From Myxococcota bacterium (GTDB taxonomy: Bacteria > Myxococcota_A > UBA9160 > JAFDDA01), in NCBI GenBank assembly GCA_965228475.1, contig OZ245817.1:224001-288000 (forward strand): DNA of 64,000 bases, given 5' to 3'. Both the position numbers and the translations under genes were made by a program. The notes under the pieces are model-generated. The model searched no databases, was not told where the DNA came from, and was given only the letters and a program-made list of their open reading frames with translations. This document shows, piece by piece, positions 19,704-28,345 of this stretch (position 1 is the first letter of the stretch; every line of letters begins with the position of its first letter).

Positions 19704-20081
19704 CTACCGGGCCGGGCCCGTCGCAGGGTTCGTCGGGTTGGCCCCGTCCCCGGGCTCCGGGACGGGAAGGCCCGCGAGGACCGCGATCAGCCGGCGAAGC
19801 TCGGTTTCGGTGCAGGCGCCGCAGGTTCCGAGGGGCGGCATGCCCCGGTAGCCGTTCACGGTGTTGCGCAGGAGGGTCTCCATCCCCTTCTCCCGGCGAG
19901 GCGCCCAGGCCTTTAGATCGCCGATCTGGGGCACGGCGCCGCCGGGCAGGGAGTGGCAGGAGGCGCAGATCCCCTGGAGGACCTGGGTCTCGGCCGGCCC
20001 GAGCTCTCCGCCCCGGGCCGGGAGCGCCAGCAGCAGGCAGGCCGCCAGGGCGGGCAGCAAAGGGGGGTGCGCGGCCTTCAT
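19704..20081 (-). CDS. Cytochrome c5-like monoheme cytochrome
   Basis: Signal peptide, CASCH, WAPR..KG, GMPP.GTCGAC. Confidence 0.85.
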   Translation of the reverse strand: MKAAHPPLLPALAACLLLALPARGGELGPAETQVLQGICASCHSLPGGAVPQIGDLKAWAPRREKGMETLLRNTVNGYRGMPPLGTCGACTETELRRLIAVLAGLPVPEPGDGANPTNPATGPAR

Positions 20082-20191
20082 GACCCGGACGGTTAGCGTT
20101 CCCGAGGGCTTCGGCAAGGCAAGGACGGCGACCGAGGGGCGAGCTAGCCTCGGGCGCCAGGGCCACAGGCCCTTCGGAGGAACCCAAGCCG

Positions 20192-21451
20192 ATGGATCCG
20201 GTCGCACATGCCTTAGTGATCGCCGTTTGTCTCCTGCTGTCCGCCTTCTTCTCGAGCAGCGAGACGGCCCTGCTCCGCCTACGCGACGACGAGGTGGAGC
20301 GCGACGTCCAGGCGGCCCATGGGCCCGCGGTCCTCGCCGCCCAGCGCCTCCTGCGCTCGACCTCGCGCCTGCTCGTGACGATCCTGCTCGGGAACAACGT
20401 GGTCAACATCCTCGCTGCGTCGGTTTCCTCCGCGCTCGCGATCCACTACCTCGGGGAGCGCGTCGGCATCGCCGCCTCGACCCTGGCGTTGACGCTGACG
20501 GTCCTGATCTTCTGCGAGGTCATGCCCAAGGCGCTCGCCGCCCGGAACCCGCGCGGCGTCTCCTACGCGCTGGCCCTGCCGCTCTACCTGCTGCATCAGC
20601 TCCTGCGCCCGGTGCATCTGCTCTTCGACCGCGTCGTCGACCCCTTCGTCGAAGCGGTGACCGGCGGCCACGGCCACGAGGACGACGGCAGCGCCTACAG
20701 TGAAGAGGTGCTGCGCATGGCGCGGCGCCTGCGTCAGGGGCAGCCCGACGGCTCGGCGCTGGCGATCATCCGCGCCGCGGCCGACGCCGCGGACACCACG
20801 GTGGAGACCGTGATGGTTCCCGCCACGGAGATCGTCGCCTTCGACGAAGGCACGGCGCCGGAGGAGCTGCTCGAGAAGATGCTCGCGAGCCGCTTCACGC
20901 GCGTCCCGATCCAGCGCGAAACCGTCGACGACATCGTCGGCAACGTGCACCTGAAGGACGTGATCCGGCTCGTGCGTGCGGGCCGGAGCGATCTCAGCGC
21001 GGCGATCCGGCCGGTCCTGCGCGTTCCGCCGCGCAAGCCGATCCTCGACCTGCTCTCGGACATGCAGCGTGCCTTCATCCACTGCGCCATGGTGAAGGAC
21101 GAGTTCGGCCGCACCCTCGGCCTGCTGACCCAGGAGGACGTGCTCGAGGAACTCGTCGGAGAGATCCGCGACGAGTTCGACCGCGAAGAACTCCTGACGG
21201 TGCGCCGGGTGTCGGACAGCTCCTACCGGGCCCTCGGGCGCGTCAAGGTGGCCGACTTCAACCGCGAGACGGGCTGGGAGGTTCCGGCCGAGCCCGGAGA
21301 CTCGCTCTCGGGCCTGCTCTTCAACGCGCTCGGCCATCCGCCTCGCGAAGGCGATACCGCCGACTTCCCCGGCTACCAGCTCGAGGTCATCTCGGTCTCC
21401 GGAACGCGGGTGACCGAGATCGGCGTCGAGAAGGTCGAGGTCGAGGCCTAG
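20192..21451 (+). CDS. CNNM/CBS/CorC (hemolysin-family) protein
   Basis: SAFFSSSETA, ILLGNNVVN, EVMPK, CBS pair, EDVLEELVGEIRDEFD. Confidence 0.92.
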   Translation: MDPVAHALVIAVCLLLSAFFSSSETALLRLRDDEVERDVQAAHGPAVLAAQRLLRSTSRLLVTILLGNNVVNILAASVSSALAIHYLGERVGIAASTLALTLTVLIFCEVMPKALAARNPRGVSYALALPLYLLHQLLRPVHLLFDRVVDPFVEAVTGGHGHEDDGSAYSEEVLRMARRLRQGQPDGSALAIIRAAADAADTTVETVMVPATEIVAFDEGTAPEELLEKMLASRFTRVPIQRETVDDIVGNVHLKDVIRLVRAGRSDLSAAIRPVLRVPPRKPILDLLSDMQRAFIHCAMVKDEFGRTLGLLTQEDVLEELVGEIRDEFDREELLTVRRVSDSSYRALGRVKVADFNRETGWEVPAEPGDSLSGLLFNALGHPPREGDTADFPGYQLEVISVSGTRVTEIGVEKVEVEA

Positions 21452-22686
21452 GAGCGCTCGAGCCAGCCGAGTTCGCGCAGGCGCTCGGCGAGCGCCTCGC
21501 CGGCCACGCGGTGTCCCTCGGCGTTCCAGTGACGGTCGCGTCGGTAGTAGAAGTCCTCGCCGCGTCCGCGCATCCGCGGCAGCAGGTCGAGGCACTCGAG
21601 CTCGAGTTCGGCGCAGAGCGCCGCGAGCCTGCGGTTCGGTTTCTCGAGGTCGTAGGCGTCCGGGTCGTAGCCGTACCTTCGAGCGGTCGTCTCGTAGTAG
21701 CTCGGCCAGGTCTGGTAGAGGTCCGGGATCACGACCACCAGCACGCGGGCGCCCGCCTCCGCCGCGAACTCCTGGAACTTGGCGAAGGTGGCTCCGAGCA
21801 GCTTCCAGGCGTACTGGATGTCCTCGGGGTCCTCCTCCTCGCACAGTCGAAGGAGCGGGAACGCGCGGGACTTGGTCTCGCGGCCACGCCAGCCGTCGAT
21901 CCGGGCACGCAGCACCGAGCCCTTCCAGATCTCGCCGCCGTAGTCGCGGGCGTTCTCGATGAGCGTCCACGTGTGGAGGTGCTGGCGGATGAAGTTGCCG
22001 AAGCGCTTGCCCTGCTGCTTCTCCCACTTGCGGGCCCAGCGCTCCTCGGACTCGCGCCGCAGCCGGGCGACCTCCTCCTCCGAGACCTGCTTCCCGATCA
22101 GCACGAACTCGCCGTTCTCGTCGAAGCCCCAGCGCGGCGGCGTGTGCTCGGGCCGCGGCACGCGTGTCACCAGGTCGTTGCCCATGTAGAAGCCGATGAC
22201 CAGCACGTCGTGCTCGTAGCGCAAGCCGTGCTTCATGTAGACCTTCAGCTCCCCGGGCGGATCCCCGGCGGGCGCGCCGAGGTTGATGGCTTCGACGCCG
22301 TCCACCTCGCGCTCGAGGACTTTCATGAAGATCTCGTCGTTCTCGACGCCGTGGCCCCAGGTGAAACTGTCGCCGACGGTCACGATGCGGGTGCGGTCGT
22401 CTTCCCGGGCGAAGCCGTGTTCGCCGTCGCGGAAGCCCCGGGAGTTGTGGATCAGCGTCGTCTTGAAGGAGCTGTTCGCGAAGATGCCGCGCTTGTTCGG
22501 GATCCCCTCGGCACCGAGGAAGGGTTCGTACCGGAAGAACAGATCCCGCTTGCGCAGGTCGGACTGGGGGCTGATCTCGCGCACCGCCAGCTCGGTCAGG
22601 GCCAGGCAGACGAGGAACGTCATGCTGAACATCACGAAGCCGAACAGCACGCGCTTGAACAGGGAAGTGCGCCTTCGGGTCGCCAT
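21448..22686 (-). CDS. Membrane-anchored SGNH/GDSL hydrolase-fold protein
   Basis: N-terminal TM, NSRGFRD, GDSFTWG, GNDL, DRHWNAEGH. Confidence 0.85.
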   Translation of the reverse strand: MATRRRTSLFKRVLFGFVMFSMTFLVCLALTELAVREISPQSDLRKRDLFFRYEPFLGAEGIPNKRGIFANSSFKTTLIHNSRGFRDGEHGFAREDDRTRIVTVGDSFTWGHGVENDEIFMKVLEREVDGVEAINLGAPAGDPPGELKVYMKHGLRYEHDVLVIGFYMGNDLVTRVPRPEHTPPRWGFDENGEFVLIGKQVSEEEVARLRRESEERWARKWEKQQGKRFGNFIRQHLHTWTLIENARDYGGEIWKGSVLRARIDGWRGRETKSRAFPLLRLCEEEDPEDIQYAWKLLGATFAKFQEFAAEAGARVLVVVIPDLYQTWPSYYETTARRYGYDPDAYDLEKPNRRLAALCAELELECLDLLPRMRGRGEDFYYRRDRHWNAEGHRVAGEALAERLRELGWLERS

Positions 22687-22734
22687 CGAGACCTCCTCCC
22701 CCTCCGGAGGTGGCTTCCGGGCGGGCGCCGGAGC

Positions 22735-23295
22735 TTAGCGGACGGGGCGCTCGGGCAGCGCGGCGAGCCCCGGCTCGGGCTGCACGCCGAGCGTGTTGAG
22801 TGCCATCGAGACGAGGTTGTACTGGCCGACCGCGAAGACGAGGTCCATGCGCTGCTTTACGGAGAGCTCCGCGAGCCGCTCCCAGGTGGCGTCCGAGATG
22901 AACGAGTCGGCATGGAGTTCGTCGGTGGCGTCGAGCAGCGCGGCGTCGAGGGCGTTCCAGCCGGGCGCCTGCGAGCCATCCGGGATGCGATCGATCTCCT
23001 CCTGGGTCAGACCCGAAGCGAGACCGATGGCCGCATGCTGACCCCATTCGTAGCCGGCACGGCAGAGCCAGCCGATGCGCAGGATCACGAGCTCGCGCTC
23101 CCGGGCCGGCAGCGTCGACTTCGCCAGCACGTGGTTGCCGAAGACGAGCCAGCGCTTCAGCAGCCCCGGGTGGTGCGCGAGCGTGCGGAAGATGTTCAGC
23201 ATCGGCGCGCCGTCGGCGACGCCGAAGCGTTCGCGGACCTCGGGCGGAAGCTCTTCGTCCGAGAGCGGGGTGAGACGCGGGCGGGAAAGGCGCAT
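22735..23295 (-). CDS. Carboxymuconolactone decarboxylase/AhpD-like protein
   Basis: NIFRTLAHHP, RERELVILR, YEWGQH. Confidence 0.88.
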   Translation of the reverse strand: MRLSRPRLTPLSDEELPPEVRERFGVADGAPMLNIFRTLAHHPGLLKRWLVFGNHVLAKSTLPARERELVILRIGWLCRAGYEWGQHAAIGLASGLTQEEIDRIPDGSQAPGWNALDAALLDATDELHADSFISDATWERLAELSVKQRMDLVFAVGQYNLVSMALNTLGVQPEPGLAALPERPVR

Positions 23296-23354
23296 GGGAT
23301 CCTCCTCGCCCGACGATACACGAGCGAGGGTCCGGGAAGGCGCCCGCGGCCGAC

Positions 23355-25205
23355 CTAGGGGCCGGCGCGTGCCCGCCGCCGCCGCGCGAGCCAGGGCAGG
23401 AGAAGCGCGATCTCCCCGCCGAGCCCGCAGCCGCTTCCGGTCTCGGCGTCGCGATGGGGCTTGTTCACGCACTGCGGGTCCGGCCCGGCCGGGTCGCCGT
23501 TTCCGACGCCGAGGATCGACTCCCCGCCGTCGAAGTCCGTTCCGACGGCGCCGTCGTTGTCGATGCCGTCCTGGCACTGCGGGTCTTCGATCAGCGTCTC
23601 CGCGGTGAGGCAGCCCGGGTCGGCCGGGAAGTCCGTGAAGCCGTCGCCATCGTCGTCGAAGCCGTTGCGGCACTGGGGAATCGGGTCGGCGGCGGCGGCG
23701 ACGCCGCCGGTGGTGTGGCCCTGGACGCCCGTCGAGGTCGTCACCTCCCAGGTGGTCGGGTCGATGGCATCGTAGAGCTTGCGGGTGTCGGCGGACTGGT
23801 TGCCGACCAGGTAGAGGCGTCCGTTCGTCGCGGAGTAGGCGAGCCCCGAGTCCGTCCGCGGCAGGTCGACCTGGGTGACGGCGGTGACGTTGCACAGGCC
23901 GGGCGGACAGCTGTTCGGGTCGATCGTGTAGAGGCCACCGCCGGAAGAGGCGTAGAGCACGCCCGCGGCGCTGTCGTAGGCGAGGCCGGTGAAGCCCGAG
24001 GAGAAGCCGAGGTTCAGCCCGCCGAGGTTCGTCACCGTGGCGTCGTCCGGGTCGATCGAGAGCAGGTCTTCGAAGGCGGAGGCGTCGTCGTCGAGCGCGA
24101 GCAGCCGATCGTCGGCGAGGTCGTCGGTCGGGCCCGGGTCGAAGGCCAGGGCGATCACGTCCTGGATGCCCGTGAGCGTTCCGACGGTTCCGATGACGGC
24201 GCCGGTCGTCGCGTCGAGCGTGAGGAGCTGGTCGTCGCCGGCCGTCGGGGTGACGGCGAAGATGACGCCTCGCCCCGGGGCGAGCCCGCGCGGTTCGGCG
24301 CCGCTGCCGATGGCCCCGCCGTTCGTCCAACCGCCCGTGGCGCCGGAGGTGATGAGCGCGTCGTCGGGCGTGGCGCCGGTCAGCGCCTCCGGCCCGCCGG
24401 CGATCACGAGCTTCACGTTCGCGTCCGACGGCAGGCCCTCGCAGAGGCCGCCCGAGCAGGCGCCGGTGGTGGCGCCTTCGGTGCAGACCGTCCCGTCGGC
24501 CTCGTAGTTCGATGCGTCCACGTGGCAGTCACAGCTCCCGCCGGTTCCGGTGCGCCCGTCCTGGTAGTGGCCGCACTCCGTCGCGTCGAGGCACCCGCCG
24601 CCGCCGCCCGGCTGCATGATCTGGCAGCTGTCGGCCGTCACGTGGTTCAGGCAGGCGTTGTGCCCGCGTTCGTGGGCGAGGGTCTGGTCGAGCGAGTCGA
24701 AGAGCTCGTGCGCTTCGAGGGTGACGACGGAGACGAGGAACGGGTCGTCGTTGGGGTTCCCCGTACAGAAGGGGGTGTCGCCGCAGCCGATGGCCGTGGT
24801 GGTCGGCACGCCGCACCAGCCGAGGCTGTCGACGAAGAAGACGTTCGAACCGCTGAACCCCGCGACGGCATCGAGGGCGGCGAAGTCCGCGGCGCTGCTC
24901 GGCACATCGAGGCCGTCCCCGGTCGTCCCGAACACGCTGACGGAAACGGTGCCGAGCTCGACGCAGCACGGGCCTTCGAAGGGGCCCTGGTTGCCCTTCA
25001 GGAGCCGGGAGGCATCCGCCGTCGCCTCGGCGATCAGGCCCTCGAAGTAGGAAAGGGGCTGCGTGCCCGCGCCCTGGTCGGTGAGGTCGATGTGCACGAA
25101 CCAGGTGAGGTCGTGGAGATCGACGGTCTCCGCGGCCCGCGCGCCGGAGGGAGCCGTCGCGAAGAAGGCAAAGGCGAACGCGAGAGCGAGCGTGGCGCGG
25201 CTCAT
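23355..25205 (-). CDS. Secreted Cys-rich metzincin-like protein with propeller region and C-terminal CGLGGE tail
   Basis: Signal peptide; HERGHNACLNH then IMQP Met-turn; GLA/LA[FY]D repeats; Cys/Asp repeats; GCGLGGEIALLLPWLARRRR. Confidence 0.7.
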   Translation of the reverse strand: MSRATLALAFAFAFFATAPSGARAAETVDLHDLTWFVHIDLTDQGAGTQPLSYFEGLIAEATADASRLLKGNQGPFEGPCCVELGTVSVSVFGTTGDGLDVPSSAADFAALDAVAGFSGSNVFFVDSLGWCGVPTTTAIGCGDTPFCTGNPNDDPFLVSVVTLEAHELFDSLDQTLAHERGHNACLNHVTADSCQIMQPGGGGGCLDATECGHYQDGRTGTGGSCDCHVDASNYEADGTVCTEGATTGACSGGLCEGLPSDANVKLVIAGGPEALTGATPDDALITSGATGGWTNGGAIGSGAEPRGLAPGRGVIFAVTPTAGDDQLLTLDATTGAVIGTVGTLTGIQDVIALAFDPGPTDDLADDRLLALDDDASAFEDLLSIDPDDATVTNLGGLNLGFSSGFTGLAYDSAAGVLYASSGGGLYTIDPNSCPPGLCNVTAVTQVDLPRTDSGLAYSATNGRLYLVGNQSADTRKLYDAIDPTTWEVTTSTGVQGHTTGGVAAAADPIPQCRNGFDDDGDGFTDFPADPGCLTAETLIEDPQCQDGIDNDGAVGTDFDGGESILGVGNGDPAGPDPQCVNKPHRDAETGSGCGLGGEIALLLPWLARRRRARAGP

Positions 25206-25876
25206 CGGTTCACCTCCCGGCCGCGCTGGGCATCGAGGGCGGCTTCGCCCTCGCGGGCGACGGCGCGCATCAGCGCCAGCCCTTCGCTCGCCTCCGCTGC
25301 GACGCTCGGGTCCGCCGTGAGCTCGGTCAGCCGGGCGGCGGCTTCGGGACGGCCGGAGGTCGCGAGGGCGCCGAGGGCACGGCGGCGCTCGTCCCGGGCG
25401 AGCCGTGCACCCTGGTGGTGCCGGAAGTGCCAGGCGGGGGAGGCGCTGCGCGCGCCCGGGCCACCCGTCCGGGCGAGGAGCCAGGCCAGCGCGCGATCGT
25501 CCGTGGAGGCCAGATGCCCCATGGCCGAACTCGTCGCGCGCAGCGCGCGGAAGGTGGCGCGGTCGACCTCGCCCGGGCCCGCGCTCGCGGCGTAGGCGGC
25601 GAGCGCTTCGTAGCCCCCGGCGCAGCCGATCAGGCCGATCGCTTCGATCGCGTTCCCGCGCTTCGCGCCGGCTTCCGGGTCGCCGAGCCACGCGAGCAGC
25701 TCCGGGCAGGCTTCCCCGCCGAGGGACAGGGCGACATCGCGGGGCACGCCTTCGTAGAAGGGGGTCGCGACGAAAGTGGCGACCTCTTCCGCCGTCGCCG
25801 CGCGAGCCTCGGGGGCGGCGGCCACGAGGACGGGAGCGAGCATCCAAAGCAGGGCGAGCGGGGCGCGTCTGGGCAC
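25202..25876 (-). CDS. Secreted HEAT-repeat-like helical protein
   Basis: GGAG SD before GTG; signal peptide; NAIEAIGLIG, AMGHLA, RALGALATSG; stop overlaps next ATG. Confidence 0.6.
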   Translation of the reverse strand: MPRRAPLALLWMLAPVLVAAAPEARAATAEEVATFVATPFYEGVPRDVALSLGGEACPELLAWLGDPEAGAKRGNAIEAIGLIGCAGGYEALAAYAASAGPGEVDRATFRALRATSSAMGHLASTDDRALAWLLARTGGPGARSASPAWHFRHHQGARLARDERRRALGALATSGRPEAAARLTELTADPSVAAEASEGLALMRAVAREGEAALDAQRGREVNR

Positions 25877-25974
25877 GGCGTTCTCCGGGTCCGGTTGGAC
25901 CGGGAGTTTCGGCCACACGCCCGGGTCTGTCACGCGGGGGGCGGGAACGTCCGCTCGCGGGCCCGTTTCCCGGC

Positions 25975-27327
25975 TCAGACGGGCTCGCGCATCGTCACGA
26001 ATTCCTCGGCGGCGGTCGGGTGGATTCCCACCGTGGCGTCGAACTGCGCCTTGGTTGCGCCCGCCTTGAGTGCCACTGCGAAGCCCTGGGTGATCTCACC
26101 CGCGTCCGGGCCGACCATGTGGAGGCCGAGCACGCGGTCGCTCGCGCGGTCGACGATGAGCTTCATGAGCGTGCGCTCCTCGCCGCCCGTGAGGGTGTGC
26201 TTCAGCGCACGGAACTCGCTCCGATAGACGTCGATCTCGAAGCCTTCCTCGCGGGCCTGGGCCTCGGTCCGGCCGACGGTGCCGATCGGCGGCTGGCTGA
26301 ACACCGCCGTCGGGACGTCGGTGTGGTCGGGCTCGGTCGGGTTGCCGCCGAAGACCGTCTCGGTGAAGGCCATGGCCTCCTTGATGGCGACCGGCGTGAG
26401 CTGCAGCCGGTTCGTGACGTCGCCGATCGCGTAGATGTGGGGAACGTTCGTGCGCGAGTACGCGTCGACGGGGATCGATCCGTCGGCCGCCGTCTCCACG
26501 CCGGCCTTGTCGAGGCCGAGGTTCGCGGTGTTCGGGTGTCGGCCCGTCGCGAACATCACCTGGTCGACGGTGAGCGAACTCCCGTCGGTGAGGTTCGCGC
26601 GGATCGCCTCGCCGCTCTGCTCGAGGCTCGTCACGTTCGTATCGAAGCGCAGGTCGATGCCCTTCTTGCGCATCTCGCCGGCCAGGTGGGTGCGCAGGTC
26701 TTCGTCGAAGCCGCGCAGGAAGAGCGGGCCCCGGTAGAGCTGGACCGTCTCGGCCCCGAGGCCGTGGAAGATCCCCGCGAACTCGACGGCGATGTAGCCC
26801 CCGCCGACGATGAGCACGCGCCCGGGCATCTCCGGCAGGTGGAACGCTTCGTTCGAGGTGATGCCGAGCTCCGCGCCCGGCAGATCCGGCAGCGTCGGCC
26901 AGCCGCCCGGAGCCACGAGCACGTGCTCGGCCCGAATGCAGCGCCCGCCGACGTCGAGGGTGTGTTCGTCGATGAAGGCGGCCCGGCCCTCGATCCGCTC
27001 GACGCCAGCACCGTCGAGGAGCCCGGCGTAGACGCCGTTCAGGCGCAGGATCTCCTGGTCCTTCTTCGCGATGAACTCGGCCCAGTCGAAGCGCGGCGCG
27101 CCGATGCGGAACCCGTAGCCGCGCTCGGCGTCCTCGATCTCCTCCCGCACGTGGGAGGCGTAGACGAGCAGCTTCTTCGGGATGCAGCCGACGTTCACGC
27201 AGGTGCCGCCGAGGGCGCTCTCCTCGGCGACGGCGACCCGCGCGCCCCGGGCCGCGGCGGTGCGCGCGGCGCGGGTGCCGCCGGAGCCGGCGCCGATCAC
27301 GAAAAGGTCGTAGTCGAACTGGGACAT
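25975..27327 (-). CDS. gor: Glutathione-disulfide reductase
   Basis: GGTCVNVGCIPKK, GGGYIAVEFA, QLTPVA, IHPTAAEE. Confidence 0.95.
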   Translation of the reverse strand: MSQFDYDLFVIGAGSGGTRAARTAAARGARVAVAEESALGGTCVNVGCIPKKLLVYASHVREEIEDAERGYGFRIGAPRFDWAEFIAKKDQEILRLNGVYAGLLDGAGVERIEGRAAFIDEHTLDVGGRCIRAEHVLVAPGGWPTLPDLPGAELGITSNEAFHLPEMPGRVLIVGGGYIAVEFAGIFHGLGAETVQLYRGPLFLRGFDEDLRTHLAGEMRKKGIDLRFDTNVTSLEQSGEAIRANLTDGSSLTVDQVMFATGRHPNTANLGLDKAGVETAADGSIPVDAYSRTNVPHIYAIGDVTNRLQLTPVAIKEAMAFTETVFGGNPTEPDHTDVPTAVFSQPPIGTVGRTEAQAREEGFEIDVYRSEFRALKHTLTGGEERTLMKLIVDRASDRVLGLHMVGPDAGEITQGFAVALKAGATKAQFDATVGIHPTAAEEFVTMREPV

Positions 27328-27463
27328 GGTGCCTCCCTAGGTGCGGTTCCGATGCCGCGTGGCGGGCGGCGTCACAGCGCCCGGTCGACGGCGCCCCGGC
27401 CCGGTCGGCGGGTTCCCCGCGCAGACGAGCGCCCGCCGCCACGATGCCCTAACACAACGCCCA

Positions 27464-28345
27464 ATGGCAGAGGCTCCTCGCAAGATCCCGGCGCTCGTGA
27501 TCTCCGGCTTCCTCGGCGCGGGAAAGACCACCCTCGTCCAGGGGGTGCTGCGCCACGCCCTCGAGAACGGCATCCGCGTCGCCCTGGTCTCGAACGAGCT
27601 CGGTGCCCTCGGCATCGACCGGGCGCTCCTCGGGAGCGGCGGTGAGGCCTACGTCGAGCTCGAGGGCGGATGCGTCTGCTGCGAGCTCTCGGACGATCTG
27701 GTCGAGACGCTCGAGCGGCTGCACGAGGAGGTCGGCCCGGACCGGATCGTCGTCGAGACGTCGGGGGTCGCGCTGCCCTTCGATACGCAGCTCAACTTCT
27801 GGCGGGAGCCGGTCCGCCGCTGGATCGGCGACGACACGGCCGTGGTGGTCGTGGACGCCGAACAGGTGGCGTCGGGCCGCGACCTCGAGGGGACCTTCGA
27901 GGATCAGGTGAGCTCGGCGGACCTGATCGTGCTGAACAAGGTCGACCGGGTCGAAGAGGGCGACCTGCCAAAGATCGAGGCCCGGATCCGCGAGCTCGAG
28001 CCCGACGCGCCGATCCTGCACGCCGTGCGCGGGGCCATCGACCCCAGCGTGCTCTTCCCGCCCGAGCGCGGCGCCGTGGACCGCGCCGGAGAAGCGCCCG
28101 CCGCACGCCCGCACGACCACGAGCACTTCGCGACGGAGGAGATCCGCATCCCGCACGGGATCTCCGAGGCCGCGCTCCGGGAACGGCTCGACCGCCCGGA
28201 GCTGCTGCGCGCCAAGGGCTTCGTCGTCACCGACGCCGGCCCGCGCCTGCTCCAGCGGGTCGGTCCGAGGACGGAGTTCTCGGTGCCGGAGGTCGACGTC
28301 GCGGAGGATCTTCTCGGCCGGATCGTGCTGATCCGGCGAGCATGA
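27464..28345 (+). CDS. COG0523/CobW-family metallochaperone GTPase
   Basis: GFLGAGKTT, GCVCC, ETSGVA, NKVD, HDHEH, RAKG. Confidence 0.9.
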   Translation: MAEAPRKIPALVISGFLGAGKTTLVQGVLRHALENGIRVALVSNELGALGIDRALLGSGGEAYVELEGGCVCCELSDDLVETLERLHEEVGPDRIVVETSGVALPFDTQLNFWREPVRRWIGDDTAVVVVDAEQVASGRDLEGTFEDQVSSADLIVLNKVDRVEEGDLPKIEARIRELEPDAPILHAVRGAIDPSVLFPPERGAVDRAGEAPAARPHDHEHFATEEIRIPHGISEAALRERLDRPELLRAKGFVVTDAGPRLLQRVGPRTEFSVPEVDVAEDLLGRIVLIRRA

